This document shows positions 47,805 to 57,962 of a DNA stretch of 64,000 nt, one piece after another. Each line of letters starts with the position of its first letter. The stretch's first letter is position 1. The notes under the pieces are model-generated. The model saw nothing but the letters and a program-made list of their open reading frames with translations, did no database searches and was not told the origin of the DNA. The position numbers were made by a program, and so were the translations under genes. The DNA comes from an uncultured Anaerolineales bacterium (GTDB lineage: Bacteria > Chloroflexota > Anaerolineae > Anaerolineales > UBA11858): positions 5,805 through 69,804 of the forward strand of contig CAYFMI010000004.1 in NCBI GenBank assembly GCA_964344175.1, in the 5' to 3' direction.

Positions 47805-48620
47805 ATGCAAAAATATTTCAAAAAACACATTGCCCTTACCAACGAGCATGGCTCTTGGGTATTTTTACTCAGCCCGCTGCTGATTGGTATATTCGCCGGT
47901 TCTAGTTGGTCATCGATTACGGTATATCTAATCCTGGCAGCCTTGTCCGGCTTCCTCATCCGCCAACCAATTGTCATCGCCGTTAAAGCCTATATGGGGC
48001 GTCGCTCGCGCGCAGATTTGCCCGCAGCCCGCTTTTGGATGGTGATCTACGCGGTGATTGGCGTTCTGATGGTTATCGGGTTAATCTGGCGGGGCTTTGG
48101 TTACTTGCTTTGGCTGGTGCTGCCCGGCCTGCCTGTTTTCATCTGGCACCTCTATCTCGTCAGCCGAAGAAGCGAACGCCGCCAAATGGGCATTGAGATT
48201 GTCGCCAGCGGTGTGCTGGCGTTGGCCGCACCAGCAGGCTATTGGATTGGCATTGGATACCCCGATGCACAGGGATGGTGGCTGTGGGCATTAGCCTGGC
48301 TGCAATCAGCTGCCTCGATCGTGTATGCCTATTTGCGATTAGAGCAACGCCAATGGAGCGATTCCCCCTCAATGGGAGTCCGTTTTGCCCGGGGGCGCCG
48401 CGCCTTGCTGTACACGAGTTTCAACCTGATCTTTGTGGCGATTCTATCCCTTATGGAAATCCTCCCCCCCTGGCTGTTCCTTCCCTATCTCATCCAGTGG
48501 TTGGAAACTTTATGGGGAACATACAACCCCGCTGTCGGCGTCAAGCCCACCACAATTGGCTTCCGCCAGCTAGCCGTCAGCGCCTTGTTTACAATTGCAT
48601 TCATTTTGGCCTGGCGCTAG
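47805..48620 (+). CDS. YwiC-like polytopic membrane protein
   Basis: About 8 TM segments. The N-terminal NEHGSWVFLLSPLLIG resembles the YwiC-like family signature. Assignment is from memory of that motif only. Confidence 0.5.
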   Translation: MQKYFKKHIALTNEHGSWVFLLSPLLIGIFAGSSWSSITVYLILAALSGFLIRQPIVIAVKAYMGRRSRADLPAARFWMVIYAVIGVLMVIGLIWRGFGYLLWLVLPGLPVFIWHLYLVSRRSERRQMGIEIVASGVLALAAPAGYWIGIGYPDAQGWWLWALAWLQSAASIVYAYLRLEQRQWSDSPSMGVRFARGRRALLYTSFNLIFVAILSLMEILPPWLFLPYLIQWLETLWGTYNPAVGVKPTTIGFRQLAVSALFTIAFILAWR

Positions 48621-48748
48621 GCTAATTATCCCGCAACCACCCTGTACGATTGGGGTTATTTTCACTGAAACACCCTTGCATGTTCTGGGGATTATTGTAA
48701 AATCATTGTATTGAAAGACCGTGCAACGAATTGAATTGGAGGATTAGC

Positions 48749-49078
48749 ATGACTGAACAACCGATGAACCCTGAAATTACCAGTGACGACAAACTCTGGG
48801 CTGCCCTCGGCTACCCCATTGTGCTCGTTGCCCTGATTGCCATCTTGATGGAAGACAAGAAAGCGCGTCCGTTCATCAAGTATCATGCAGTGCAATCATT
48901 AGCGCTCAATGTTGTAATCTTAGTAATATCTATTCTCTTAGGTTTTACTGTGATAGGTCTCCTTTGCGCCCCCCTGCTTTGGTTTGTGACCTTCTGGCCC
49001 GCGTACGAGGCCTACAATGGCAAGTACATCGAACTCCCTGTGATTACCGACTTCCTTAAAAACCAGGGCTGGGTTTAA
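48749..49078 (+). CDS. DUF4870-like small membrane protein
   Basis: Start at ATG 48749 after GGAGGA. KLWAALGYP...KARPFIKYHAVQSL plus TM helices resembles DUF4870. Confidence 0.65.
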   Translation: MTEQPMNPEITSDDKLWAALGYPIVLVALIAILMEDKKARPFIKYHAVQSLALNVVILVISILLGFTVIGLLCAPLLWFVTFWPAYEAYNGKYIELPVITDFLKNQGWV

Positions 49079-49100
49079 TTTTATCGCCGAATGGGGAGTA

Positions 49101-49136
49101 AAAAGGTGTGAAGAAAGTATACTTCACACCTTTTTA
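49101..49136 (+). terminator. intrinsic terminator
   Basis: 13-bp stem AAAAGGTGTGAAG / CTTCACACCTTTT followed by a T-run. Confidence 0.8.
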
Positions 49137-49149
49137 TTCCCCAACCGAA

Positions 49150-49178
49150 TTGGCATTTTCGCACTTGTGATATATAAT
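49150..49178 (+). promoter_or_regulatory. sigma-70-type promoter candidate for the gcv operon
   Basis: TTGGCA (49150-49155), 17-nt spacer, TATAAT (49173-49178), about 55 nt upstream of the riboswitch. Confidence 0.55.
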
Positions 49179-49232
49179 GAAATCTGAAACTTACGCTTAG
49201 CAACGCAGCAACCAACATTCAAATAAACCGAT

Positions 49233-49466
49233 TTCTGGGGAGAGACTCGCATTCGTTGCGGGCACCGAAGGGGCAAACTCTGAGCAAAGACGAAGAGTGA
49301 AACTCTCAGGTAAAAGGACCCGGTTATCGAGCAACCTCTGGAAAGTTGCTGGCAGCCCAAAAGCCAGATTCCAACACCGACGGGGCAAGCCCTGCCAGGC
49401 AGGGCGAATCTCTCAGGTTTACGACAGAGCGCACGCCGAGTATCTACGCGTGCGCTCTTTGCTTCT
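49233..49466 (+). promoter_or_regulatory. tandem glycine riboswitch with terminator expression platform
   Basis: Aptamer 1: CTGGGGAGAG...GCACCGAAGGGGCAA...CTCTCAGGTAAAAGGAC. Aptamer 2: CTCTGGAAAG...ACACCGACGGGGCAA...CTCTCAGGTTTACGACAGAG. An 11-bp terminator stem AGAGCGCACGC / GCGTGCGCTCT (49426-49458) shares CAGAG with the P1 helix of aptamer 2. Confidence 0.9.
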
Positions 49467-49493
49467 ACCCAAGAAACAAAATAGGAGATAATT

Positions 49494-49877
49494 ATGAACT
49501 TCCCCAAAGACCTCAAATACACCAAAAACGATGAATGGATTCGTGTCGAGGGCGAAATTGGCACCGTTGGTATCACCGACTATGCCCAAGACTCGCTCTC
49601 TGATATTGTCTTCGTGGAATATCTGGTTTTCGAGGGCGACAGCGTTACCCAGGGCGATTCGTGCGCCACGGTCGAATCGGTCAAAGCAGCGGCAGATGTC
49701 TATGTGCCCGTCAGCGGCGAAATTATCGCCGTCAACGAAGATCTGCCCGATGCCCCTGAGGCGGTCAATAGCGATCCCTACGGCTCCTGGATGGTCAAGG
49801 TCAAACTCTCTGATCCCGCCGAGTTAGACGACTTGCTGGATGCTGAAACTGCCGAGACGATGGAACGCGACCATTAA
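49494..49877 (+). CDS. gcvH: glycine cleavage system protein H
   Basis: Full-length GcvH similarity with the lipoyl-lysine motif (TVESVKAAADVY). Confidence 0.95.
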   Translation: MNFPKDLKYTKNDEWIRVEGEIGTVGITDYAQDSLSDIVFVEYLVFEGDSVTQGDSCATVESVKAAADVYVPVSGEIIAVNEDLPDAPEAVNSDPYGSWMVKVKLSDPAELDDLLDAETAETMERDH

Positions 49878-49956
49878 TTCGTAGTTGGTTGCCAGTTGAT
49901 CGTTGGTGGATGTTAGGCCACTTCTTCAGCACCACTAACCACGCAAAGGAGTTATT

Positions 49957-51300
49957 ATGTTCTTACCGCATACCGACGCGGATCGTCAGGCCATGCTAAA
50001 AGCGATTGGTGTGAAAAGTATGAAAGAACTTTTCCAGTCGCTGCCGGGCGATCATCTCTATCCCGATATGGGCCTCCCCAATAGCGTAACCGAAATGGAA
50101 GCGCTTGAGGAAATTCAGTATATTGCCGATGCCAATGAAACCGTCGGCGAACTGGTGTCTTTCCTTGGCGCAGGGGCCTACAATCACTACTCCCCCACCG
50201 TCGTCGATTCCCTGCTGCGGCGCGGCGAGTTCTATACCGCTTACACACCCTACCAGCCAGAAATTTCGCAGGGTACGCTGCAAGCCACCTTCGAATACCA
50301 GAGTATGATTGTCAATCTCACAGGGATGGATGCTTCGAACGCTTCGCACTACGATGGCGCCACCGCCGTGGCTGAGGCCGTCAACATGGCCTATCACAAC
50401 TTCCGCGGGCGACGCACGAAGATTGTGCTCTCATCGGGCTTGCATCCTCACTACCGGGAAACCGTACACACGTACAGTCAGGATTCGAGCCTCCATGTTG
50501 AAGGTGAAGACACCCCTCCCGACGCCGGGCCTGATGCGCTGATCTCCCTGATCGATAAGGATACCGCCCTGGTTGCCGTGCAATATCCCGATTTCTTTGG
50601 CCGCATTTTCGACTATACCAAACTGGTCGAAGCAGCCCACGCCGAGGGCGCGCTGGTGGCAATTCATGTCAACCCCTTAGCGCTCGGTCTGCTCAAGCCC
50701 CCCGGAGAATTTGGCGCCGACATTGTCACAGGCGAGGGGCAAACGCTGGGCATTCCGCTTTCATTCGGCGGCCCTTACCTGGGCATTTTCGCCACCCGCG
50801 AAAAATATGTCCGCAAAATGGCCGGGCGTATTGTGGGTGAAACCGAAGACACCCGCGGGCAGCGCGGCTACGTGCTTACCTTGAGTACCCGCGAACAACA
50901 TATCCGCAGAGAACGCGCCACCTCGAACATTTGCACAAACCAGGGCCTGCTGGCGCTGGCGGCGGCCATTTACCTTAGCTTGCTGGGCAAGCAAGGGCTG
51001 CGCCAGGTTGCCGAATTAAACTACCACAAAGCGCATTACGCCGCCGATCAAATTGCCGCTTTACCAGGCTACGAACTTGCTTTTGACAGCCCCTTCTTCA
51101 ATGAATTCAGCGTGCGCTGCCCCAAGCCCGCCGCCGAAATCAACGACCGGATGCTCGGGTACGACATTCTGGGTGGATACGACCTCGGCCAGACCGATCC
51201 TGAACTCAGCAATCTCTTACTCGTAGCCGTTACTGAAATGATTAGCCGAGAAGAAATCGACCACTTTGTACAGGCGCTTGCGGAGGTTTCGAATGACTGA
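49957..51300 (+). CDS. gcvPA: glycine dehydrogenase (aminomethyl-transferring) subunit 1
   Basis: Full-length GcvPA similarity (TAYTPYQPEISQGTLQ, ERATSNICTNQ). Confidence 0.95.
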   Translation: MFLPHTDADRQAMLKAIGVKSMKELFQSLPGDHLYPDMGLPNSVTEMEALEEIQYIADANETVGELVSFLGAGAYNHYSPTVVDSLLRRGEFYTAYTPYQPEISQGTLQATFEYQSMIVNLTGMDASNASHYDGATAVAEAVNMAYHNFRGRRTKIVLSSGLHPHYRETVHTYSQDSSLHVEGEDTPPDAGPDALISLIDKDTALVAVQYPDFFGRIFDYTKLVEAAHAEGALVAIHVNPLALGLLKPPGEFGADIVTGEGQTLGIPLSFGGPYLGIFATREKYVRKMAGRIVGETEDTRGQRGYVLTLSTREQHIRRERATSNICTNQGLLALAAAIYLSLLGKQGLRQVAELNYHKAHYAADQIAALPGYELAFDSPFFNEFSVRCPKPAAEINDRMLGYDILGGYDLGQTDPELSNLLLVAVTEMISREEIDHFVQALAEVSND

Positions 51301-52783
51301 GCAACCCACCAAATCCAAAGTTGAACCCACCGTTTACGATCTCTCTTCGCCGGGACGCCAGGGGGCTTACTACCCCGCGCCGGATGTGCCCACCAGCGAA
51401 ATTCCAGCATTCCTGATACGGGAGGATTTACCACTCCCTGAGCTATCTGAGATTGATGTGGTACGGCACTTCACGCGGCTCTCGCAGTTGAATCACGGTG
51501 TCGATACCGGGTTTTACCCCCTGGGGTCGTGTACCATGAAATACAACCCCAAAATTAATGAAGTCACCGCTCGCATGGCCGGGTTCGCTCAGGTGCATCC
51601 TCTCCAACCAGAAGAGACCACCCAGGGCGCTATCGGGCTGATTTTCGAGTTACAAGAATGGCTCAAAGCCATCAGCGGCTTCGCCGGTGTTAGCTTGCAA
51701 CCCGCAGCCGGCGCGCACGGCGAACTGACCGGCGTACTGATCATGCGCGCCTACCACAATGCCCGCGGCGACAAGAAACGCACCAAGATGCTCATTCCCG
51801 ACTCGGCCCACGGCACCAACCCGGCCACATCGGCAATGAGTGATCTGAAAGTTGTCCAGCTTCCCTCCGATGGGCGCGGCAACGTCGATTTGGATGCCCT
51901 CAAAGCCGAGTGCGACGACACCCTGGCAGGCATCATGATTACCAACCCCAATACCCTGGGCCTCTTCGACGAGAACATCAAGCAGGTTTGCGATATGGTG
52001 CACGAGGCCGGCGGTCTGGTCTACGGCGATGGCGCCAACCTGAATGCCATGATGGGCATCTCGCGCCCGGCAGACTGCGGCGTGGACGTAATGCACTTCA
52101 ACCTGCACAAAACCTTCTCGACGCCACACGGCGGCGGCGGGCCTGGCTCCGGCCCGGTGGGTGTGAACGCTGAGTTAGCCGAGTTCTTGCCTGGCCCAAT
52201 CGCAGCCGTACTCGACGAAGGCAACGCCGAAGAACCGCCTTTCTTCGGCTGGATGTACCCCGAAAAAAGCATCGGACGCGTCAAGGCCTTCCACGGCCAC
52301 TTTGGCATCATGGTACGCGCCTTCACCTACATGCTCATGCTGGGCGGCAACGGACTGCGCGAGGCATCTGAGCACGCCGTGCTGAACGCCAACTATTTGC
52401 AAGCCCTCCTGCGGGATACCTACCAGATCCCTCACGACCGCATCTGTATGCACGAGTTTGTTATGGAAGGCCATTGGGACGATGTGCCCGACATCCATGC
52501 GTTGGATATTTCTAAGCGCCTGATGGATTTCGGCTTCCACCCCCCCACGAACTACTTCCCATTGATCGTACCCGAAGCCTTAATGATCGAGCCGACCGAA
52601 ACGGAGAGCAAAGAAACCCTGGATGCCTTCGCCGATACCTTGATCCAAATTGCGGAAGAAGCGCGCACAAACCCAGAACTTCTCCAGACCGCGCCACACG
52701 ACACTCCCTTTGGCCGTCTTGACGAGGTCAAAGCGGCCCGCGAGTTGGTGCTGTGCTGCTGGCTGCCCGATTCGACAGAATAA
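51293..52783 (+). CDS. gcvPB: glycine dehydrogenase (aminomethyl-transferring) subunit 2
   Basis: PLP-lysine region HFNLHKTFSTPHGGGGPG. Start at MTEQPTK (ATG 51293), overlapping the gcvPA stop by 8 nt. Confidence 0.95.
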   Translation: MTEQPTKSKVEPTVYDLSSPGRQGAYYPAPDVPTSEIPAFLIREDLPLPELSEIDVVRHFTRLSQLNHGVDTGFYPLGSCTMKYNPKINEVTARMAGFAQVHPLQPEETTQGAIGLIFELQEWLKAISGFAGVSLQPAAGAHGELTGVLIMRAYHNARGDKKRTKMLIPDSAHGTNPATSAMSDLKVVQLPSDGRGNVDLDALKAECDDTLAGIMITNPNTLGLFDENIKQVCDMVHEAGGLVYGDGANLNAMMGISRPADCGVDVMHFNLHKTFSTPHGGGGPGSGPVGVNAELAEFLPGPIAAVLDEGNAEEPPFFGWMYPEKSIGRVKAFHGHFGIMVRAFTYMLMLGGNGLREASEHAVLNANYLQALLRDTYQIPHDRICMHEFVMEGHWDDVPDIHALDISKRLMDFGFHPPTNYFPLIVPEALMIEPTETESKETLDAFADTLIQIAEEARTNPELLQTAPHDTPFGRLDEVKAARELVLCCWLPDSTE

Positions 52784-52811
52784 CAAATTACTTCCAGACA
52801 TAAATAATCAC

Positions 52812-52848
52812 AAAAACAGGGTTCCGGTGTAACTGGAACCCTGTTTTT
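52812..52848 (+). terminator. intrinsic terminator after gcvPB
   Basis: Stem CAGGGTTCC / GGAACCCTG flanked by an A-run and followed by TTTTT. Confidence 0.8.
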
Positions 52849-52948
52849 GTGAAACAAATCACCGCCTGCTATATTTGATTTTGAAATATTTGCATCCCCT
52901 GCCTGATGGTAAAATACAGGCCCTATCATCCCTATTGAGGACAACAGT

Positions 52949-54655
52949 ATGTCTGATGCAAATCAATTCCGTCTTGTCAAGCCCCGCGAGACGATCGAAG
53001 CCCACCTGCCCGATGGTCGCGCACTATCGGGGCCGCGCGGCGCAACCGCCGGCGAATTTCTAGAGCTACTCACCAACGAAAGCGAAGCGCCTATCGTTGG
53101 CGTAGTCGTCAATGGCGAATTGCGCGAGTTGACTTATCCACTTCATTTTGATGCCCGCATCCGCCCCATTAGCATGAGCGAAGCCGACGGGATGCGCTTC
53201 TACCGACGCTCATTGACTTTCCTGCTAGAAAGCGCCTTTCATCAAATGTTCCCGCAGGCCATTCTGGCGATTGACCACTCAATTGCCTCGGGCGGGTATT
53301 TTTGTCAGGTTTTCAACAGCCCGTCGTTATCGGAAGATCAACTTGCCCAACTTGAAAACCGAATGAACCAACTCGTAGAGGCCGACCTGCCCTTCATTCG
53401 AGAGAAAGTCCCCCTGGATGAGGCCATCGCCTATTTCAAAGAGAAGGGCTATCGCGATAAAATCAGGCTGCTCAAGCACCGCAAAAAAGAATACCTGATT
53501 TTATATTCACTGGGTGAGCATCGCGACTATCATCATGGTTATATGGTGCCCTCATCCAGTTGTCTTAAATGGTTCAAGCTCTCGCCCATGGGCGACGGCT
53601 TTGTCATGCGCTTCCCGCGCCGCCATCGCCCCACCGAGCTTTTGCCATTGCCCGACTACAGCACCCTGCTAACCACCTTCCGTCAATACGGCGATTGGCT
53701 GCAAAGGCTGGGGATTGACAACGTAGGCACGCTGAACGATGCCATCAGCGAGAAACGCATTCGAGAATTGATCCTGGTTTCCGAGGCGCTCCACGAGGGG
53801 CGCATCTCCGAAATTGCAAGCATGATCGCCGAACGCATTAATCAGGTGCGCGTGATTCTGATTGCCGGGCCGTCGTCTTCAGGGAAGACCACCTTCTCCA
53901 AGCGTCTGACCGTGCAACTGCTTGCCCGGGGAATCTCGCCCTTCCCCCTGGAAATGGATAATTATTTTGTCGATCGTGAACTCACGCCGCGCGATGAAAA
54001 GGGTGAATATAATTTCGAGACCATCAAAGCGGTTGATACACGGCAACTAGGCGAGGACTTACAGCGCTTGATCAATGGCGAGCGCGTGCAATTGCCTAAA
54101 TTTGACTTCAAAGTTGGTCGAAGCTCTCCAGGCGAAACCGTGCAACTACAGCCTGGGCAAATTATTATTTTAGAGGGCATTCACGGTTTGAACCCTGAGC
54201 TTATCCCCAATGTGCCGGTTGAGCAAACCTTTCGCATCTACGCTTCAGCATTAACGCAACTCAACCTTGACTGGCACAACCGCGTCTCGACCACCGATAC
54301 GCGGCTGATCCGGCGGATTGTGCGCGATGCCCGCGAGCGCGGCTACACCGCCCAAGATACCATCGCCCGGTGGGAATCGGTACGCCGCGGTGAGAAGCGC
54401 TATATCTTCCCCTATCAGAATAACGCCGATGTGATGTTCAACTCCGCCCTGGTCTACGAGTTGGCCGCCCTGAAACCTTTGGCCGAACCCATTCTGCGGC
54501 AAGTTCCGCACGGGTCACCAGAACACATCGAAGCCAAAAGGCTGCTGGCATTACTGGAGTGGTTCTTGCCGATTGATGCCGAAGCCATTCCCGACAACTC
54601 CTTATTGCGGGAATTTTTGGGCCGATCCATTCTCAAGAATCTAAAAATCTGGTAA
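52949..54655 (+). CDS. uridine/nucleoside kinase family protein with N-terminal TGS / ThrRS-SAD-like region
   Basis: P-loop GPSSSGKTTFSKRL and a PRK-type kinase C-terminal half. The N-terminal ~280 aa resembles the ThrRS N-terminal (TGS plus second additional domain) arrangement. Confidence 0.78.
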   Translation: MSDANQFRLVKPRETIEAHLPDGRALSGPRGATAGEFLELLTNESEAPIVGVVVNGELRELTYPLHFDARIRPISMSEADGMRFYRRSLTFLLESAFHQMFPQAILAIDHSIASGGYFCQVFNSPSLSEDQLAQLENRMNQLVEADLPFIREKVPLDEAIAYFKEKGYRDKIRLLKHRKKEYLILYSLGEHRDYHHGYMVPSSSCLKWFKLSPMGDGFVMRFPRRHRPTELLPLPDYSTLLTTFRQYGDWLQRLGIDNVGTLNDAISEKRIRELILVSEALHEGRISEIASMIAERINQVRVILIAGPSSSGKTTFSKRLTVQLLARGISPFPLEMDNYFVDRELTPRDEKGEYNFETIKAVDTRQLGEDLQRLINGERVQLPKFDFKVGRSSPGETVQLQPGQIIILEGIHGLNPELIPNVPVEQTFRIYASALTQLNLDWHNRVSTTDTRLIRRIVRDARERGYTAQDTIARWESVRRGEKRYIFPYQNNADVMFNSALVYELAALKPLAEPILRQVPHGSPEHIEAKRLLALLEWFLPIDAEAIPDNSLLREFLGRSILKNLKIW

Positions 54656-54664
54656 CACCTCCAA

Positions 54665-56014
54665 ATGAATTGGGAAAACAAACTCATGCGCACCATCCGG
54701 TGCCGCAACCCTCAGAATATTGGCACACTAGCGAAATTACTGACCGCCATCGCCGACAGCGGCGGGTATGTGGGTGCAATTCGAACGGTCTCAGAGGGCC
54801 ATCAGGCCGTTGTACGCGACATCACGGTGTACGCCGATGATGAGCGCCAGCTTGCCACAATCATTGAAGATATGGAGGCCAACCCCGGTACCCGTGTTCT
54901 GGCCGTGCGAGATGAAGTACTCGAACTCCACCAACAAGGCAAAATCGCCATCCGCAGCCGCTATGCCATTGACGACGTATATACCATGCGCCGAGTCTAT
55001 ACGCCCGGTGTCGCGGAAGTCTGCATGAAGATTGCTGAGATGCCCGAACTGGCGCGCACTTATACCGCCATCAGCCACCTGATTGCCATCGTCACCGATG
55101 GGACGGCGATCTTGGGGCTGGGCGACATCGGCCCGGTGGCCGGTATGCCGGTGATGGAGGGAAAGGCCATGTTAATGGAATCGTTGGTGGGGCTTTCGGG
55201 GGTACCGATCTTACTTAACACGAAGGACACCGACGAGATTGTCCAAACGGTAAAGAATATCGCCCCAACCTTCGCAGCGATCCAGCTGGAAGATATTTCG
55301 GCGCCGCGCTGTTTCGAGATTGAAGAACGGCTGCAAAGCGAGTTGGATATTCCGGTCATGCACGACGACCAGCATGGCACAGCGGTTGTCACTACTGCTG
55401 CGCTGACCAATGCCTGCCGTCAATCGGGCATGGATATCCACAAAGCGGTCATTGGTCAAATTGGGCTGGGGGCGGCGGGGCTGGCTACCGCCAAGATGCT
55501 GATGGCGCTAACGGGGAATTCCATTCTAGGGGCAGATCTCTCCTCGGAGGCGCGCGCCCGCTTTGAGCTGGACGGTGGACAACCGGCCTCCCTCGATGAG
55601 ATCCTCCAACAAGCCGACGTAGTCATTGCCACCACTGGCGCGCCAGGACTTATCCAGCCCGCCATGATCCGCGAGGGACAAATCATCTTCGCTTTGTCGA
55701 ATCCCAACCCCGAGATCGATCCCGAAAGCGCTCTGCAAGCCGGGGCGGCCTTTGCCGCGGATGGAAAATCGGTCAACAATGTGCTGGGTTTTCCAGGCAT
55801 CTTGCGCGGAGCCACAGATGCCCAGGTGCCCTACATCAGCCACAAGATGTATCTTGCCGCCGCAATAACGATTGCTGAACTGGCCCCCGAAGGTGATCTG
55901 GTTCCCAACCCGCTTGACAAAAATGTGCATCAGGCGGTGGCCCGCGCCGTAGCCGAGCAGGCTAATCGGGAGGGCTTATCGCGCTCCGAATTTATTCCCT
56001 ACCTTGACATTTGA
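54665..56014 (+). CDS. NAD(P)-dependent malic enzyme with N-terminal ACT-like domain
   Basis: Malic enzyme N-terminal and NAD-binding domains ([20 protein letters not shown]) follow an ACT-like segment of about 70 aa. The start could also be the ATG 21 nt downstream. Confidence 0.9.
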   Translation: MNWENKLMRTIRCRNPQNIGTLAKLLTAIADSGGYVGAIRTVSEGHQAVVRDITVYADDERQLATIIEDMEANPGTRVLAVRDEVLELHQQGKIAIRSRYAIDDVYTMRRVYTPGVAEVCMKIAEMPELARTYTAISHLIAIVTDGTAILGLGDIGPVAGMPVMEGKAMLMESLVGLSGVPILLNTKDTDEIVQTVKNIAPTFAAIQLEDISAPRCFEIEERLQSELDIPVMHDDQHGTAVVTTAALTNACRQSGMDIHKAVIGQIGLGAAGLATAKMLMALTGNSILGADLSSEARARFELDGGQPASLDEILQQADVVIATTGAPGLIQPAMIREGQIIFALSNPNPEIDPESALQAGAAFAADGKSVNNVLGFPGILRGATDAQVPYISHKMYLAAAITIAELAPEGDLVPNPLDKNVHQAVARAVAEQANREGLSRSEFIPYLDI

Positions 56015-56033
56015 CCCCCGAAAAAAGGAACTT

Positions 56034-56534
56034 ATGAACGCCCGTGAACTCAAAGAGCGCCGCGTAATGCGCGCGAAAAGGCGGCGCAGACACCAATTCA
56101 TTTTGATCGCTGCAATGATAGCATCGCTGAGCATTTTTGCTTACGCAAGCTGGAAACGCAATCAATCCACAGCAATTTTTCTAGGAGATACTATGACCCA
56201 AACTGCATCTGGATTAGCTTACGAAGACCTCGCCACAGGCGAAGGCCCGGCGGCTCAGGCCGGGGATACTGTCAGCGTGCATTACACCGGCTGGCTCGAA
56301 AACGGCACGAAATTCGACTCATCCGTAGACCGCGACGAACCCTTTGAATTCCCGCTTGGGGCGGGCATGGTCATTCAGGGCTGGGATGAGGGTGTCGCGG
56401 GCATGCAAGTGGGCGGAAAACGCAAATTACTGATTCCCCCGGAACTTGGTTATGGCGCTCGCGGTGCGGGGGGCGTTATTCCACCTAATGCCACCCTGAT
56501 TTTCGAGGTCGAATTATTAGCAATAAATCCCTAA
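56034..56534 (+). CDS. FKBP-type peptidyl-prolyl cis-trans isomerase (membrane anchored)
   Basis: FKBP motifs ([39 protein letters not shown]) preceded by one TM helix. Start at ATG 56034 after AAGGAA. Confidence 0.9.
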   Translation: MNARELKERRVMRAKRRRRHQFILIAAMIASLSIFAYASWKRNQSTAIFLGDTMTQTASGLAYEDLATGEGPAAQAGDTVSVHYTGWLENGTKFDSSVDRDEPFEFPLGAGMVIQGWDEGVAGMQVGGKRKLLIPPELGYGARGAGGVIPPNATLIFEVELLAINP

Positions 56535-56540
56535 GTATCC

Positions 56541-56586
56541 ACAACAGGATGATGCGGGGTGTGAAGATCCCGCATCATCCTGTTGT
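56541..56586. terminator. long stem-loop between convergent genes
   Basis: 18-bp perfect stem ACAACAGGATGATGCGGG / CCCGCATCATCCTGTTGT, with no strong U-tract on either strand. Confidence 0.5.
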
Positions 56587-56593
56587 TGGGCTT

Positions 56594-57784
56594 CTACTCC
56601 TGCAATAAGAGATCTATCAAAAATATTGGGGCTTCATCAACCAACCTTTCTCCCGCTTCTTCAGAATTGGTAAGGATCACGAAACCAATATTCAAGTCGG
56701 GGGCAAACCCAATGATGCTTAAATAATTATCGAAAGAGCCTTCATGTGATAAGACCAGCACCCCTGCATACTGGCTTGCCTCCCACCCCATTGCGTAATT
56801 TTCGAGATCGGGTTTCCAGGTCTCAACGAGATTTTCTTCTGACACCACGCGCGCCCCATTGGGCGCGAGACCGCGCTGGACTTGTGTGCTGATGTAGTAG
56901 GCCATCTCCATCACGCTGGCTTTGAGGGTTCCCGATGGAGCCAGCGGATCGCCATCGAAATCTTCTCTTTCGGCTTCGACGGCTTCGCCAGCTTCAATCA
57001 GGTAGGATTTGCCATAATTCGGATTGGTCTCTGCCTCACTAACCCGCACTGCTGCCATGTTCATCCCAATGGGTTCTAATACTTGCTTCCTTAGTAACGC
57101 CTCATACCCGGTGTATAAATCGGGGTAGTCCCCTCCGGCAGCCATCACACCCAAATAGCCCGCCAGAGAAGCTGAAATGTTACTATAACTGAATTCTTCA
57201 CCCGGGGCGCCCAGCAGGGGCACATCGGCGACGTACTCAAAGACATCTTCACCACGGGCATCGTCGATATCGAAATCATCTTCTGCGTAATCGGGTATCC
57301 CGCTTTGCATGCTAAGCAGGTGTCGAAAGGTGACGATATCGGTGACTTCACCTGATGAAAGCACGAAGTCAGGATATATTTCAACGACGGGTGTATCCCA
57401 ACCGACCACGCCCTGGTCAACTAATGTCGCAATCATCATTGCGGTCATGGATTTGTTGGTCGAGCCAATGTGAAATAAGGTTTCGCGAGTGACGGGCAGG
57501 CTCTTCTCGATATCACGAAAACCAAATCCCTCGGCGAAAATAATCGCATCTTCGTGAACAACCGCGACCGCTGCTCCGGGGAGGCTGTCTTCGTCTATGA
57601 TTTCTTCGACATAGTCTGTAATAGCGTTGCTAATATATTCCTGGTCGATGGATATCGCACTGCGGTCAGCATCGCCCCCCACATTTTTAGGTGGATTAAC
57701 ACTTTCAACTTGATTGCATGCACCGATAAAACTCAGTGCCAAGAATATAGTAAAACCAATAATAACTCTGCTCTTATTTTTCAT
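56594..57784 (-). CDS. serine hydrolase, beta-lactamase/transpeptidase-like family lipoprotein
   Basis: SxxK motif (GSTNKSM) and lipoprotein signal (FLALSFIGAC). Start at MKNKSRV (57784). A/T-richer than its surroundings by eye. Confidence 0.85.
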   Translation of the reverse strand: MKNKSRVIIGFTIFLALSFIGACNQVESVNPPKNVGGDADRSAISIDQEYISNAITDYVEEIIDEDSLPGAAVAVVHEDAIIFAEGFGFRDIEKSLPVTRETLFHIGSTNKSMTAMMIATLVDQGVVGWDTPVVEIYPDFVLSSGEVTDIVTFRHLLSMQSGIPDYAEDDFDIDDARGEDVFEYVADVPLLGAPGEEFSYSNISASLAGYLGVMAAGGDYPDLYTGYEALLRKQVLEPIGMNMAAVRVSEAETNPNYGKSYLIEAGEAVEAEREDFDGDPLAPSGTLKASVMEMAYYISTQVQRGLAPNGARVVSEENLVETWKPDLENYAMGWEASQYAGVLVLSHEGSFDNYLSIIGFAPDLNIGFVILTNSEEAGERLVDEAPIFLIDLLLQE

Positions 57785-57910
57785 GTTCTTCCTATCACGG
57801 GGAATTCTCACCATCACCTGGATGGTCGGTTTCTCGGACTTTTGAAACATGTACCGAGTGGGTTTACAAAACTTGGCAAATTGTAACCGAATTCCTAAAA
57901 TACCTCCCCT

Positions 57911-57950
57911 AAAAAAAGCCCCCGATTTCGGGGATGAAACCGGGGGCTTT
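57911..57950 (-). terminator. intrinsic terminator after the adhesin locus
   Basis: On the minus strand: AGCCCCCG...CGGGGGCT followed by TTTTTTT, 13 nt after the stop at 57963. Confidence 0.8.
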
Positions 57951-57962
57951 TACAGCTATTAC

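Noticed and set aside
49124-49576. 150-aa minus-strand ORF and small plus ORFs covering 49197-49534
   Set aside because: The region is a tandem glycine riboswitch with its promoter and terminator. The ORFs are incidental.
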